A DNA stretch of 64,000 bases from Octopus sinensis (lineage: Eukaryota): NCBI RefSeq assembly GCF_006345805.1, contig NC_042998.1:198400001-198464000 (forward strand), read 5' to 3'. The translations under genes were made by a program, and so were the position numbers. Under the pieces are notes generated by a model. It saw only the letters and a program-made list of their open reading frames with translations, searched no databases and was not told where the DNA came from. Shown one piece after another: positions 36,467 to 48,978 of the stretch (the stretch's first letter is position 1; every line of letters starts with the position of its first letter).

Positions 36467-36825
36467 CTAGCACTATGACCCGGCAACGCGGGGTCATAGT
36501 GCTAGTGCATGCATATACAGCTGCGTGTGTGCGCACATAGACGCGAGTACTGTCCAAATCTCCGACCAATCACATACAGCTAGCTGGCATTCAATTGGCG
36601 TATCAAATTTCGGGCATTTTGATTGGGTTTGGGATAGAAAATTCACAAAAAAGTCACTTCTATTGATCTTTTATTGGCTTTGCGGGGTGACTGGGGAAAT
36701 GTAAAGATGTGCACGACCACCCTTTGACGGTTTTGAATGACCATAGAAAGTGCGAGCCCTCTAACTGAAAACTTGTGAATTTGTATAAAGGACATGCACA
36801 CGCACACACACAGATAGACATTTTG
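36467..36825 (-). mobile_element. Non-autonomous Helitron (subfamily 3), 5' end interrupted by a family A copy
   Basis: Body is the reverse complement of 55030-55330; perfect 17-bp outer stem at 36465-36507. Confidence 0.8.
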
Positions 36826-39800
36826 TCGTTTATGGCACATAAAAAGCACCATCCGAACGTGGCCGATGCCAGCGCCACCTCAACTTGCTTCTGTGCCGGT
36901 GGCACATAAAAAGCACCATCCGAACGTGACCGATGCCAGCGCTGCATTGGCTGGCTTCCGTGCCGGTGGCACATTAAAAGCACCAACCGATCGTGGCTGA
37001 TGCCAGACTCCCCTGACACCTGTGCCGGTGGCACGTAAAGAGCACCCACTACACTCACGGAGTGGTTGGCGTTAGGAAGGGCATCCAGCTGTAGAAACAC
37101 TGCCAGATCAGACTGGAGCCTGGCGCAGCCTCCTGGCTTCCCAGACCCCGGTCGAACCGTCCAACCCGTGCTAGCGCAGAAAACGGACATTAAACGACGA
37201 TGATGATGATGGTGATATATAGAGATGTTCTGCAAACAATATTAAATAGATGGCAATGCGGCACATTCTCCGACGGTTTTTTGGTAATCAATCCAATCCT
37301 GATGACTAACAGCGCCAGGCTGAATCAGGTGTCGGTGACTAATCATGGTTTGATGTGTTTGCGAAGAGCTTTACTTATATATTATTTTCTTCAATCATCA
37401 GAATAAATAGCAACCCAGAATAATGATTGGAGGAGCTTCATCTACTTAAATATGCAGACTAATGTATGCATTGGGTACTTTTCCCTTTGACTGTAAACAA
37501 AAACATTCATTGCTATCCATCATCTATTTTTGCTTTTACTTCATCACTCCCCCTAACCTTTGTCTGCCCCTGCTCCTGCCAATCCCTCTTGACTTTTACC
37601 CTTAAACAATCCTGCCTTTTCCTCACCACACCCTTGCTCCCTTCACCCAATCATTCTGGTTCTTCTGATGTCATTGCTCTTTCTCTCTCTCTCTCCTATT
37701 CCCCACCTCAGTAACCAGAGCAAATGTACATACCCTTAGTTATTGTGTACACGCTACACTTAGACACCTATTCCTTTCACCCACCCATTTCAGGCTTTTC
37801 TGCAGTCGATCGTGGCCGTTGCCAGCTTCGCCTGGCACCTGTGCCAGTGGCACGTAAAAAGCACCCACTACACTCACGGAGTGGTTGGCATTAGGAAGGG
37901 CATCCAGCTGTAGAAACACAGCCAGATCAGACTGGAGCCTGGTGCAGCCTCCTGGCTTCCCAGACCCCGGTCGAACCATTCAAACCATGCTAGCATGGAA
38001 AATGGACATTAAACAACGATGATGATGATGATTGATCTCTCTCCTGTTTTTCTCCTTAATCTTTAGTCAACTTTAGTCTTACATAACTGAATACTCTCCA
38101 CAAGGCACATGCCCTCTTGTGCAGGTGCTATAACAGAATGCACCCACCCCCATCATATTCTTTTTCTACAGTGACTGTTGAACAAGACAAATCTAGCCAC
38201 ATGACAACTAGGAGCCCCAGCCTATGGCGAAGTGGTTCCCTATAAGAAATGATTCAGACTATGACGACCCCGGCCAACCCATACCAGCATGGAAAGTGGA
38301 CATAAAATTCACGATAACAAATAGTTGCAGAATGGCTACTTGGTTAAGAGGTCCTCTTTGCAATTTCAAGGTTTCAGGTCCAGTCCCAATATGTGACAAC
38401 TTGGACTAGTGTCTTCTACTTATAGCTTGGCCAAAGTCTTTCAGTTTCCATGTAGCAAACTGAAAGAAACTCATCAACTACATGTGTGTTTGAAATATCA
38501 CTATCATCATCATTTAATGTCAATGCTCCACTACAGCATGTACTAGGTGTTTTTTTTTCCATAGCAGCAATACTAGGGGGAGGTCACCAAACAGCTTCCA
38601 ATACTATGAACACTAAGGGGAGTGACTCTATGCTGGAAGCAAGGAACTAAAGCATGTGAGAAAGGGCCAGAACAGTACTAGTTTCTTACAGTAGAGGAGC
38701 TATAGGACCACTTACGTATTAGAAGAGAGGCTGGTAGTGATCAGATGGAGGTGGACAGAGATTTTTAAAAAAAAAAGGTGGTAATGCGATGTCTGGACAA
38801 ATCCTCAAAGTATGAGGTGAATAGGAGTGAGTGACAACAGAGGAGCCAAGGGTGTTGATGGATGGGGGTTGCAAGTGTGTATGAAGAAGTGAGAGATGAG
38901 GAAAGGCTGAGGGGGGTCAGGTGACAAGTACAAAGATTGAGCAGGTTTGAAAGAAGAATGTAGTGACTAATAGAAAAGGGGCGGAGTAGATAAATGATGC
39001 ATGCGTTGGGGGAGGTAGGATTGAGCAGGTGACCATTGGCAGAGCAGAAAAATGGGGAAAAGTAGCAGAATAGTAATAATGATACGGTAAACAGGGGAAG
39101 GATAAGAGAGCTTGGAAAAGTGACCATGATGATGATGATTGTGATAATGATATAGGCATGTGTGTATGTGCAGCATGATGCATGCTGCATATCTGTATGA
39201 CAGTGTGTATAAAAAATATGTGAATGTATGTTTTTGTTGATGATTAGCTTCAGATCAATCCTAGTCAAGGGTGCTCTGATCAAAGAGCTAACCATTCAAC
39301 CTGTAATGGCTATCTAGGACTACATTATCCAATGTAGTCGTCCCTCTATTATGCATGTTGCATCCGAGTGTGATCGTTGCCAGAGCAGCCAACTGGCTTC
39401 CGTGCCGGTGGCACGTAAAAGGGCACCATTCAAACGTGATCGTTACCAACGTCGCCTTACTGGCACCTGTAAAAAGATTTGAGCGAGGTCGTTGCCAGTA
39501 CCGCCTGACTGGCCCCCATGCCGGTGGCACATAAAAAACACCCACTACACTCTCAGAGAGGGTGGCGTTAGGAAGGGCATCCAGCTGTAGAAACTCTGTC
39601 AGATCAAGATTGGGGCCTGGAGCAGCCATCTGGTTCGCCAGCCCTCAGTCAAAATCATCCAACCCATGCTAGCATGGAAAGCGGACGTTAAATGATGATG
39701 TATTTATGTATGAGTGTATAAAATAGTGTACAAGAAAGACATCTAAGTGGTTGACATGTGATGTAGAACTGTCTGGATTTCTAATACAGTTAAGTAACTC

Positions 39801-40594
39801 ATGGACTGGCAGTCTCAATTACAGAAAAGTACTAAGCCAACTTCACAAATATCTGCAGAGTTTTTAATTTGTGGCGTCATTTGATGTACCAGACCAGTTG
39901 ATCATGTGAACTACATGCCAGTTGAGATTTGATCAACCAAATGCTTCAGTATCTGATCACAAGACCAGGTCTTGTGATGGTTAATCATTTTTTCACAATC
40001 ACACCTCTCCACTACCACTATCAAATTACTTCTGACATGTGACCTTGCCTAGCTGATCATTGCATTGTTTAACTATTGTAAACTGATAAGTGACACCACC
40101 CTTCCAGGAACACATATATATTAATTCACATACATAAACACATAATTAATATACACACAAACACATTGGACGATTGTTATAACCAAAATGTTTCTAAATT
40201 ACACACACACACACACATTAATATCACTATAATTCCTAATTAATACAAATTTGAAACTAAAAAAATGTGACATAACTCATGTCACATGTTTAAATTCCAT
40301 TTTGCTGGTTAAGAATGAAACCTGACAACAGGCTTAAAAGTAGTTACCAGCGCTGGACGTAAACTAAAATAAATATTTGCTTTCATGACATCAATACCCA
40401 AAGAGCTTAATTTTAAGATATTTCAACTACAAGTATCAGTGGAGCACTCTTATAATGTTGAATGAAAAACAAAGGCACAAAAGAGCAAGAACTAATGAAG
40501 CAGTCACAAAGGTACATCAAACTCGTTGATACCCACAACCAGGGTTATCATGATGAGAATACTTTTGATCAGAGCTGACTTGGGACTAACACCC

Positions 40595-40924
40595 ATAGAC
40601 ATGTTTACAAAGTCAGAAAACAGCACAACTCCCATCACTTTCGGAAACATTTTTTCATGCTAAGAGTTGCTGAAGCATGGAACAAACTGCCGGCATCAGT
40701 TGTTAGTTGTCAGAGCACCGCATCCTTCAAAACTTCCATGCTTCCTGAGATTCGCCAACACTACACCTGATTTTCTCCCCTCCATACACACACAAGCGTG
40801 TATCTGACTCATACACTGTTCACTTCCCAGACATTTGTACATTACTGCATATGCTTTATACACACTTTTTACAAGTTGTGGTGCACCTGAGCACTGTATA
40901 CAATAATTTCATCATTATTATTAT
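40595..40924 (+). mobile_element. Short 3' copy of second CR1/L2-like family
   Basis: Near-identical to 51517-51845. Confidence 0.85.
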
Positions 40925-41050
40925 ACTCACAACCATTTAATATATGACAAGCAAAAGAGGGAGCCTCTATGCACTTACTTCACATATCAAATATATCAAC
41001 CAAATTTCCTTTACATTATTCTCAACTATTTTTTCTTTTAATGACATATT

Positions 41051-41760
41051 GTTAGTTAGTTAGTTAATTATTTGGCTCAAAAAGCAAAACGCAAGGCCAT
41101 GTAGGGGGGCACGGAGTTATGTACAGGGTGGTGTTCATGTAAAGAGTTCAGGCCACTTGAGGTCAAGGGAGACTTTGAACCGAGCGGTCGTCAGCATCTT
41201 TACTATCTCGTCCAGCAGCTTATTCCACGGATCCGCAACCCGGATGGAGAAAGCCCCTCTCCTTTGATTGAGATGAAATCGTCACAGATAGAGCTTTTCG
41301 GAGTGACCCCGCAGCCGACATTCTGGAGCAGGAGTGAAGAACAGCTCTTTCGAGAGGTTACACCTTCCACTTATGATTTTGTGAGCAAGAATGAGATCAC
41401 CACAGCAGCAGCGTTTTTCTAGAGAATAAAGGTCGAGCGTCTTCAGCCTTTCTTCATAAGACAAATGCTTGAAACCCAGAACCATTAAGGTAGTTCTTGT
41501 AATGATTTATCTAAATGACTTGGGACTAAAACAACAACGTTGAAATATATGCTGTACAGTGGCAATGGGGTCAGGCCCTCCTCCAACACTGGCAAAAGCA
41601 AAGCAGTTTGCATACATCTTGAACAACTGCAAATCATCACCTGGCTGAAGGGGGGACTCTACAAGGATGATGTCTAAGGAAGGTAGAACCTGGAAATGGT
41701 GATTATTGGGTTGCGTGGGTAGCGTAGGCACGGTATGGGTAACGAGAAGGGTAGCAGTAA
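41051..41760 (-). mobile_element. CR1/L2-like LINE 3' fragment with (TAAC)n tail
   Basis: MVLGFKHLSYEERLKTLDLYSLEKRCCCGDLILAHKII...[19 protein letters not shown]...WNKLP is the CR1-group ORF2 C-terminus. Confidence 0.85.
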
Positions 41761-41780
41761 ATTATAACAGGTGGGTTTGG

Positions 41781-41812
<32 letters not shown>

Positions 41813-41820
41813 CATATAGA

Positions 41821-41989
41821 CGCAGGAGTGGCTGTGTGGTAAGTAGCTTGCTAACCAACCACATGGTTCTGGGTTCAGTCCCACTGCATGGCATCTTGGG
41901 CAAGTGCCTTCTGCTACAGCCCCGGGCCGACCAATGCCTTGTGAGTGGATTTGGTAGACAGAAACTGAAAGAAGCCTGTCGTATATATG

Positions 41990-42039
<50 letters not shown>

Positions 42040-42232
42040 TCCCCCTAGCATTGCTTGACAACCGATGCTGGTGTGTTACGTCCCCGCCACTTAACGGTTT
42101 GGCAAAAGAGGCCGATAGAATAAGTACTGGGCTTACAAAGAATAAGTCCCGGGGTCGATTTGCTCGACTAAAGGCGGTACTCCAGCATGGCCGCAGTCAA
42201 ATGACTGAAACAAGTAAAAGAGTAAAAGAGTA
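41821..42232 (+). mobile_element. SINE family B
   Basis: Full-length copy. Confidence 0.85.
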
Positions 42233-43384
42233 TATATAACCAGCCAATTCCAAAAAGTAGAACCCATTGCAGCAGTAGTAGAAAAGTTGAGGTGGGGAGA
42301 CTATGTACAGGGGCTAGAAGTTGAAATGTGTGGATGAGTGACTCTGTACGAACCAACTGAATGGTTTTCACATAAAAGTAGGGATGCAGTACTCATCATT
42401 ATCGTTTAACATCCGTTTTCCATGCTAGCATGGGTTGGACGGTTCGACCGGGGTCTGGGAAGCCAGGAAGCTGCACCAGACTCCAGTCTGATCTGGCAGT
42501 GTTTCTACAGCTGGATGCCCTTCCTAACGCCAACCACTCCATGAGTGTAGTGGATGCTTTTTATGTGCTACCGGCACAGGTGCCAGTGGAGGCTGGCAGC
42601 AGCCACAATCAGTTGGTGCCTTTTACGTGCCAGTGGCACAGGAACATAAAGAAAAAACAAAAAAAATAATTAACTATTAATGTTGATTCCAGTAAATCTG
42701 ACAAGAATTTTGTCTTTTTACATGAAACCTGGCCTCAATGGCTTCTTACTGTTTCTAAGAAAGTAATGATGATAATAGTGAAAGTATGATGATGACGACG
42801 ATAATGATGATAGTAGTTTGTAATGTATCTGCCCCCCACCACTGTGATTCTCTGTTAATTACCTCTGTTAATGAACAGAGCATAACTTCATTATTCCAGA
42901 ATTCCATCATGTTATGTAAGATCTTCACCATGACACATGAGAAACTTCTTGAAATGAAGCTATTTGCAACATGAATCCTCATCACTGTCAGCATCACCTC
43001 AACCCCCAACCATCACCACCACTAGTAACATTACACCAACCCTATCAATGTAGTCTTTCAACCCACAACCAACCCACCATCACCATAATCTTCATTACAC
43101 TGTCAGTCCATTTCTCGATTGCAAGAACTGGAATACTTCATTCACACAACAGAATATTTCTTGAAACTTGATGAAGAAAAAGGTTTATCGTCTGGCGGGG
43201 GGGACATGGCCTGAATGCCTTGCCACAGAGTGGACTGCCAAATGCAACTGAAAGCCACCCCTCTAATGAACCTCCACAGTTATCACCCACTGAATTTAAC
43301 CCACAAGGTTTTGATCAACCCATGGTTGGTAGAAGATACCTGCCTAAGGTGCCTTGCAAAAAAAAAAAAAAGCACATACATATA

Positions 43385-43777
43385 GGCGCAGGAGTGGCTA
43401 TGTGGTAAGTAGCTTGCTTACTAACCACATGGTTCCAGGTTCAGTCCCACTGCGTGGCATCTTGGGCAAGTGTCTTCTGCTATAGCCCCGGGCCGACCAA
43501 TGCCTTGTGAGTGGATTTGGTAGACGGAAACTGAAAGAAGCCCGTCGTATATATGTGTGTGTATGTGTTTGTGTGTCTGTGTTTGTCCCCCTAGCATTGC
43601 TTGACAACCGATGCTGGTGTGTTTACGTCCCCGTCACTTAGCGGTTCGGCAAAAGAGACCGATAGAATAAGTACTGGGCTTACAAAGAATAAGTCCCGGG
43701 TCGATTTGCTCGACTAAAGGTGGTGCTCCAGCATGGCTGCAGTCAAATGACTGAAACAAGTAAAAGAGTAAAGAGTA
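43385..43777 (+). mobile_element. SINE family B
   Basis: Full-length copy. Confidence 0.85.
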
Positions 43778-44992
43778 TTCCAAGCAAACTTTTGCATTAG
43801 TCATGCCTGTGCTAACACTATTAGTTACTATGTCACAAAATACTGTCATATACTGGCTTGTTACCAACGTCACCTTACTGGCACCTGTGCTGGTGGCATG
43901 TGTAAAAGGATTCGAGCGAGGTCGTTGCCCGTACCGCCTGACTGGCCTCCGTACCGGTGGCATGTAAAAAGCACCCACTACACTCTCGGAGTGGTTGGCA
44001 CTAGGAAGGGCATCCAGCTGTAGAAACTCTGCCGAATCAAGATTGGAGCCTGGTGCAGCCATCTGGTTCGCCAGCCCTCAGTCAAAATCGTCCAACCCAT
44101 GCTAGCATGGAAAGCGGACGTTAAACAATGATGACTGGCCAGTATGTGATACTCAGGATAACAATTACTACATCATGCCCTAATTATTGTGGCACCAAGA
44201 TCCTAGTTGAGGTTTTAACCGTAGCTCTCAGATTTTCTCAGTCGAAAACCACAAACTAATGTATTTCCATGAAAGATACATGAATACAGCTCAACCAACC
44301 AGCACCAACTGACTTATGGGTGAGGCATTAAACTTCAAAGGAAATGTGTAAGTTTTCCTGCTAAATAGTTTGGATCATAATTCTACAACTTTTGGGCTGA
44401 GGGGAATAATCTACTTTAAGCAAAGATATCTCAAGTTTATACGGGTCATGTTACATTTCCCCCCAATACAGAAGACTCTTACCTCTCTTGCTTATTCAAC
44501 CTCAGGCCAGAGAGCTACTTGTCATCTAGGAGAATCTGTTGCCTGCCTCAGCAAGTTGCTGTCTCTTCCCCGCTTTTCTTATACAATATGCTTATGTTAT
44601 ACTCGACAAAAGGCACCCACCTTAACTTGTAGTGTTGAGTAACACACATTAATTATATGCAGTAATTTAAATTCCTTGCACTACTTTCATATTATCCAGC
44701 AAGTTCTATACAGAAGATACCTAACAGCTATGTTCTCTGAACTTTGTTCCAGTAATTTATTCAATGTACGTTTGCAAATATAACAACACACATTAACAAA
44801 ATACTGGAAAACTCAAACTTTAGTGTGGTCATTACCTACACAGGCAACCTACCTCACTGTAACTGGTGTATGTAATACACTAGTTACTGTCAGAGACAAT
44901 TTACTGTGCTGTACACTAGACATGGTTTTTTTTCATCATATTACTCCAGGGACAAGACATATTTTGTCTGGCTCAAAATATTCTATAAAATA

Positions 44993-45387
44993 CTAGCAGT
45001 ATCGCCCGGCGTTGCTCGGGTTTGTAAGGGAAATAACTATATTAGCATTTTTAGAGATGTAAAGTATAATAGCCATCTCAATATGGCTAACCACAAAGGG
45101 GGGTGTTACTGTAGCTTTTTAAGTTCTGAGATTTAATAATACATTTTTAGAGAGTTACTTCCCTTATATAATAGCAAAAAAATGCATTAAAAGATGGTAA
45201 AAATTGATGGTAATTTTTTTTTTAAATCGTAGACTCATCGTAGACGCGCGCTAATACCCAGAAGGGCTCGATATGAATCACGACTATAAGATACCCGCTT
45301 TTGGTTATACTGCACCGCAAATGTGGGAGTAGTTAGGAATCTAAATTGTAGGAGACAGACACACAACTTCACTTTTATATATAAAGA
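44993..45387 (-). mobile_element. Non-autonomous Helitron (subfamily 1)
   Basis: Reverse complement of 7326-7721 with the same termini. Confidence 0.82.
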
Positions 45388-46189
45388 TTTGTTGCAAGCT
45401 TACATTTAGAGTCCAACTAGAGTCTTCATTAACATTGGTTCCAATTAATTAAATCAGATCATCATCATCATCGTTTAACATCCGCTTTCCATGCTAGCAT
45501 GGGTTGGACGATTTGACTGAGGGCTGGCGAACCAGATGGCTGCACCAGGCTCCAATCTTGATTTGGCAGAGTTTCTACAGCTGGATGCCCTTCCTAACGC
45601 CAATCACTCCGAGAGTGTAGTGGGTGCTTTTACGTGCCACCGGCACGGGGCCAGTCAGGCGGTACTGGCAACGACCTCGCTCGAATCTTTTACACATGCC
45701 ACCGGCACAGGTGCCAGTAAGGCGATGCTGGTAACGATCACGCCCGAATGGTGTCTTTTACGTGCCACCGGCATGGAGGCTAGATAGCCGCTCTGGCAAC
45801 GATCACGCTTGGATGATGCTCTTAACACCCTACTAGCACAGGGCTCGAGTGCTAATCTTAGGAAATCTTTATTACCTTAACTAATGAAAAGAAGCTTATG
45901 AATTCATATACAAAACGATGTGATCTATTTCCACTACACTTTGTCTATACACATTGAGTTAAATGGAAGTTTTTCTTGTTATTTCTCTTTCTGCTTCAAT
46001 GTAGCTCATGGTCTAATCAGGACCGACGCCAAACATGTTTGACTCCCCTACACAAGACACTAGTTGCTTACCAAATTACTCCCGGGACAACAAACTATAC
46101 TATCAAATTCTTTAGTATGGAGAGACAGAGCAGATTTCTTGTAAGTTCATACCAACACTCACCTAGTCAAAGACCAACTTAAGCAAAAG

Positions 46190-46342
46190 TACTTAGGGTT
46201 CAATATGAACCCTAAGTAGGGTTCAATATGAACCCTAAGTATGTAATAGGTATAAGTATGTAATAGGGATAAGTATATAATAGGGATAAGTATGTAATAG
46301 GGATAAGTATGTAATAGGGATAAGTATGTAATAGGGATAAGG
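46190..46342. repeat. Duplicated 23-bp palindromic unit followed by 17-bp minisatellite
   Basis: (agggttcaatatgaaccctaagt)x2, then about 6 copies of taagtatgtaataggga. Confidence 0.9.
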
Positions 46343-46954
46343 CTGAATAAAAAGTGTGTTGAGGGGATGTTGTAATTGTGGTAAAAAAAAAGATTCAATA
46401 TTAGTGTTGGAAGTGATATAGAGTAGGGGTGACTGGAGAAATGTCTTATAGGGTGGATGTAAAGAGAAATTTACAGAGATAGCAAAATCTGAGACGATTT
46501 GAATAAAGGTGTGGAGAGATAGCAGGAGAAAGGTGGAGGAGAAATATAGCTGATGGCAAATTAGTGAAGACACTTGAGTCGTTAATGTAGCCACCATATG
46601 AACTTCCTCTCAAACTGTCTCTTATCTTTGAAAGCCACGTCACAGTTTCACATCAGGAAACTGAAGGATAGCAGCTGAAGCAAACTCACAATACGCACAG
46701 AGGATGGTCCTGTTAAGAGCATCAATTGTAGAAGCCCCCACAAAAGCTGGTGTATACGTAAATGTAGTTTCTGGAGACAGAAAGGGACTACTCTCAAAGC
46801 CCAACTTCAACTTCAGCTCTACACAAAAGCACAATAGGAAAAAGCTGGAATAAATTTTTACTCAAATCAATCATTTCTTCATTATCACTACTGCCATCAT
46901 TGCTACTGCTATCACCGTGACTATCCTCCTCCTCCTCCTCATTATCATTATTAT

Positions 46955-47515
46955 TATTATTGAGTGAGATAGCAGTGCATGCCATCAAAGTGACACTGGG
47001 GTAAAATATACGAAGCCCAGTATACCCACCCATCTGATAAGGGTACGCTAGGCAAATGCATCACAACTACATGTGCGCGACATGGTGATCTCATATCAAG
47101 ATAAACAGCACATGACCTTGCAGGTGGGGCCCAGTTAGCATTTTCTTCAGGTCGAGTAACCCATCCCACTCGAAAGGTCCCTGAATAAGGGTTGTTTAAG
47201 GATGTTGAACGAAACACCCATGTTTCCAGAGGTGAATTATCCAAACCCCAAAGAATCCCTCTCAACACAGGGCTATGATGCTCCCCCACTACTTCTGCTC
47301 GTGATCAGAGATGCATAACATATCGTCAGCCACTAAGGGACATAGTCAACTGGTTAAGGTCAAACAACTGACAAGCAAATCTGTGGTATTGAGCAGAATA
47401 TTTACCGTAGCCCATCTTTTATACCAAGACAAAACAATGCACATAATAATACTTCCAATCAGTTAAGATTAGAAGCCATGAGAGCCACTGCCTGGTACTG
47501 CATCAGGGCATTTAT
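46955..47515. mobile_element. Unclassified ~560-bp interspersed element between (ATT)n tracts
   Basis: GC/CpG-richer block sharply bounded by ttattattatt on both sides; no coding motif recognised. Confidence 0.45.
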
Positions 47516-48519
47516 TATTATTATTATTATTATTATCGTTTCACCTTCTTGTTCTCACAGCCAACAAGCAAGTTGGTTGTGTCTGAAGTAAACTTTCCTT
47601 GGCATACTTCCAAACAGCCTTATTTCCAACAGAAATCCTGTATTCAGCTGCCTCCCTGCTTCGTTGAACAGAGCTATATCTTCCAAGCTCTGTGTGTGTG
47701 TGTGCATGCGCGCATGTACGTGTGTGTGTGTGTGTAAGAAAGAAAGGGAAAGACTTAACACTTGGATTTGAAAGTCGCATGGACAAATATTCATTCAGCG
47801 TGCTTTACACATGTTAGACGCAAGGTGTTTATTAGAAATTAATAAGATTGCTATTGTTGATGATGATGAATACTGCTTCACATATGCTAGGTGCTCAGAT
47901 ATTTATCAGAAAAGAAGAAAGACTTGTTTATGTTTTCGGTGATGATGATGATGATGATGATGATGGTGACTACTTTTCACTGAACAGACAAGTGGAAGAA
48001 ATTCAGCGCTTCATTGCCTGTGCCATAATAGTGGCATTAAACCTTGACTGTGTCACAATGACACTGTTAAAAAGCCACTGAAATCAAACCAAATATCAGA
48101 AATAAATAACCTTAACAGATTCACTGAGGAAAAATCAAGTTCCAAAAATAAATTTACCACAAATACAAAAATTAAGTTACGTTCAAATAAATTTGAAAAG
48201 AAAAAACCAAATAATAATAATTACCAGACAGTAAAAAGAAAAAAAAAAATGGTATGTATGTATATATAAACAACTTAAAAATCTAAGCGTGAGTGTCAAA
48301 CTGACCTACAATGATAAGTTACCAAATTATTGGTAGACAGATTCTGACGTTTGAGGAGCGAAGCGATGGAGAAGGCCAGGCTGAATCTAGACAGACAAGA
48401 CAGTGATACCAAGGGTCTTCTATTGAAATTACTCCAATCAATACACCATTAAATTAGCCTCTCAGACTGATATGATGATGATGATGATGATGATAATAAC
48501 AATGATGAAGATTTCTTTA

Positions 48520-48978
48520 ATAATAATAATAACAATAATAATTATTATTATTATATAATTATTGTTATTATATTATTATTGTTATTTTATTATTATTATT
48601 ATTATTATTGTTATATTATTATTATTATATTATTGTTATTATATTATTATTATTATATTATTGTTATTATATTATTATTATTATTATTATATTATTATTA
48701 TTGTTATATTATTATTATTATTATTATTATATTATTGCTATATTATTGTTATTATATTATTATATTATTATTATCATTATTTTATTATATTATTATTATT
48801 ATATTATTATTATTATTATCATTATTTTATTATATTATTATTATTATTATCATCATTATTTTATTATATTATTATTATTATTATCATCATTATTTTATTA
48901 TATTATTATTATTATTATCATCATTATTTTATTATATTATTATTATTATTATCATCATTATTATTATTATTATTATCA
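48520..48978. repeat. Long imperfect (TAT)n microsatellite
   Basis: Direct inspection. Confidence 0.97.

Noticed and set aside
46446-46643. ORF MTWLSKIRDSLRGSSYGG... superficially like an FNIP N-terminus
   Set aside because: It starts at GTG just after a stop, and the only nearby donor is weak and in phase 1, not 2.
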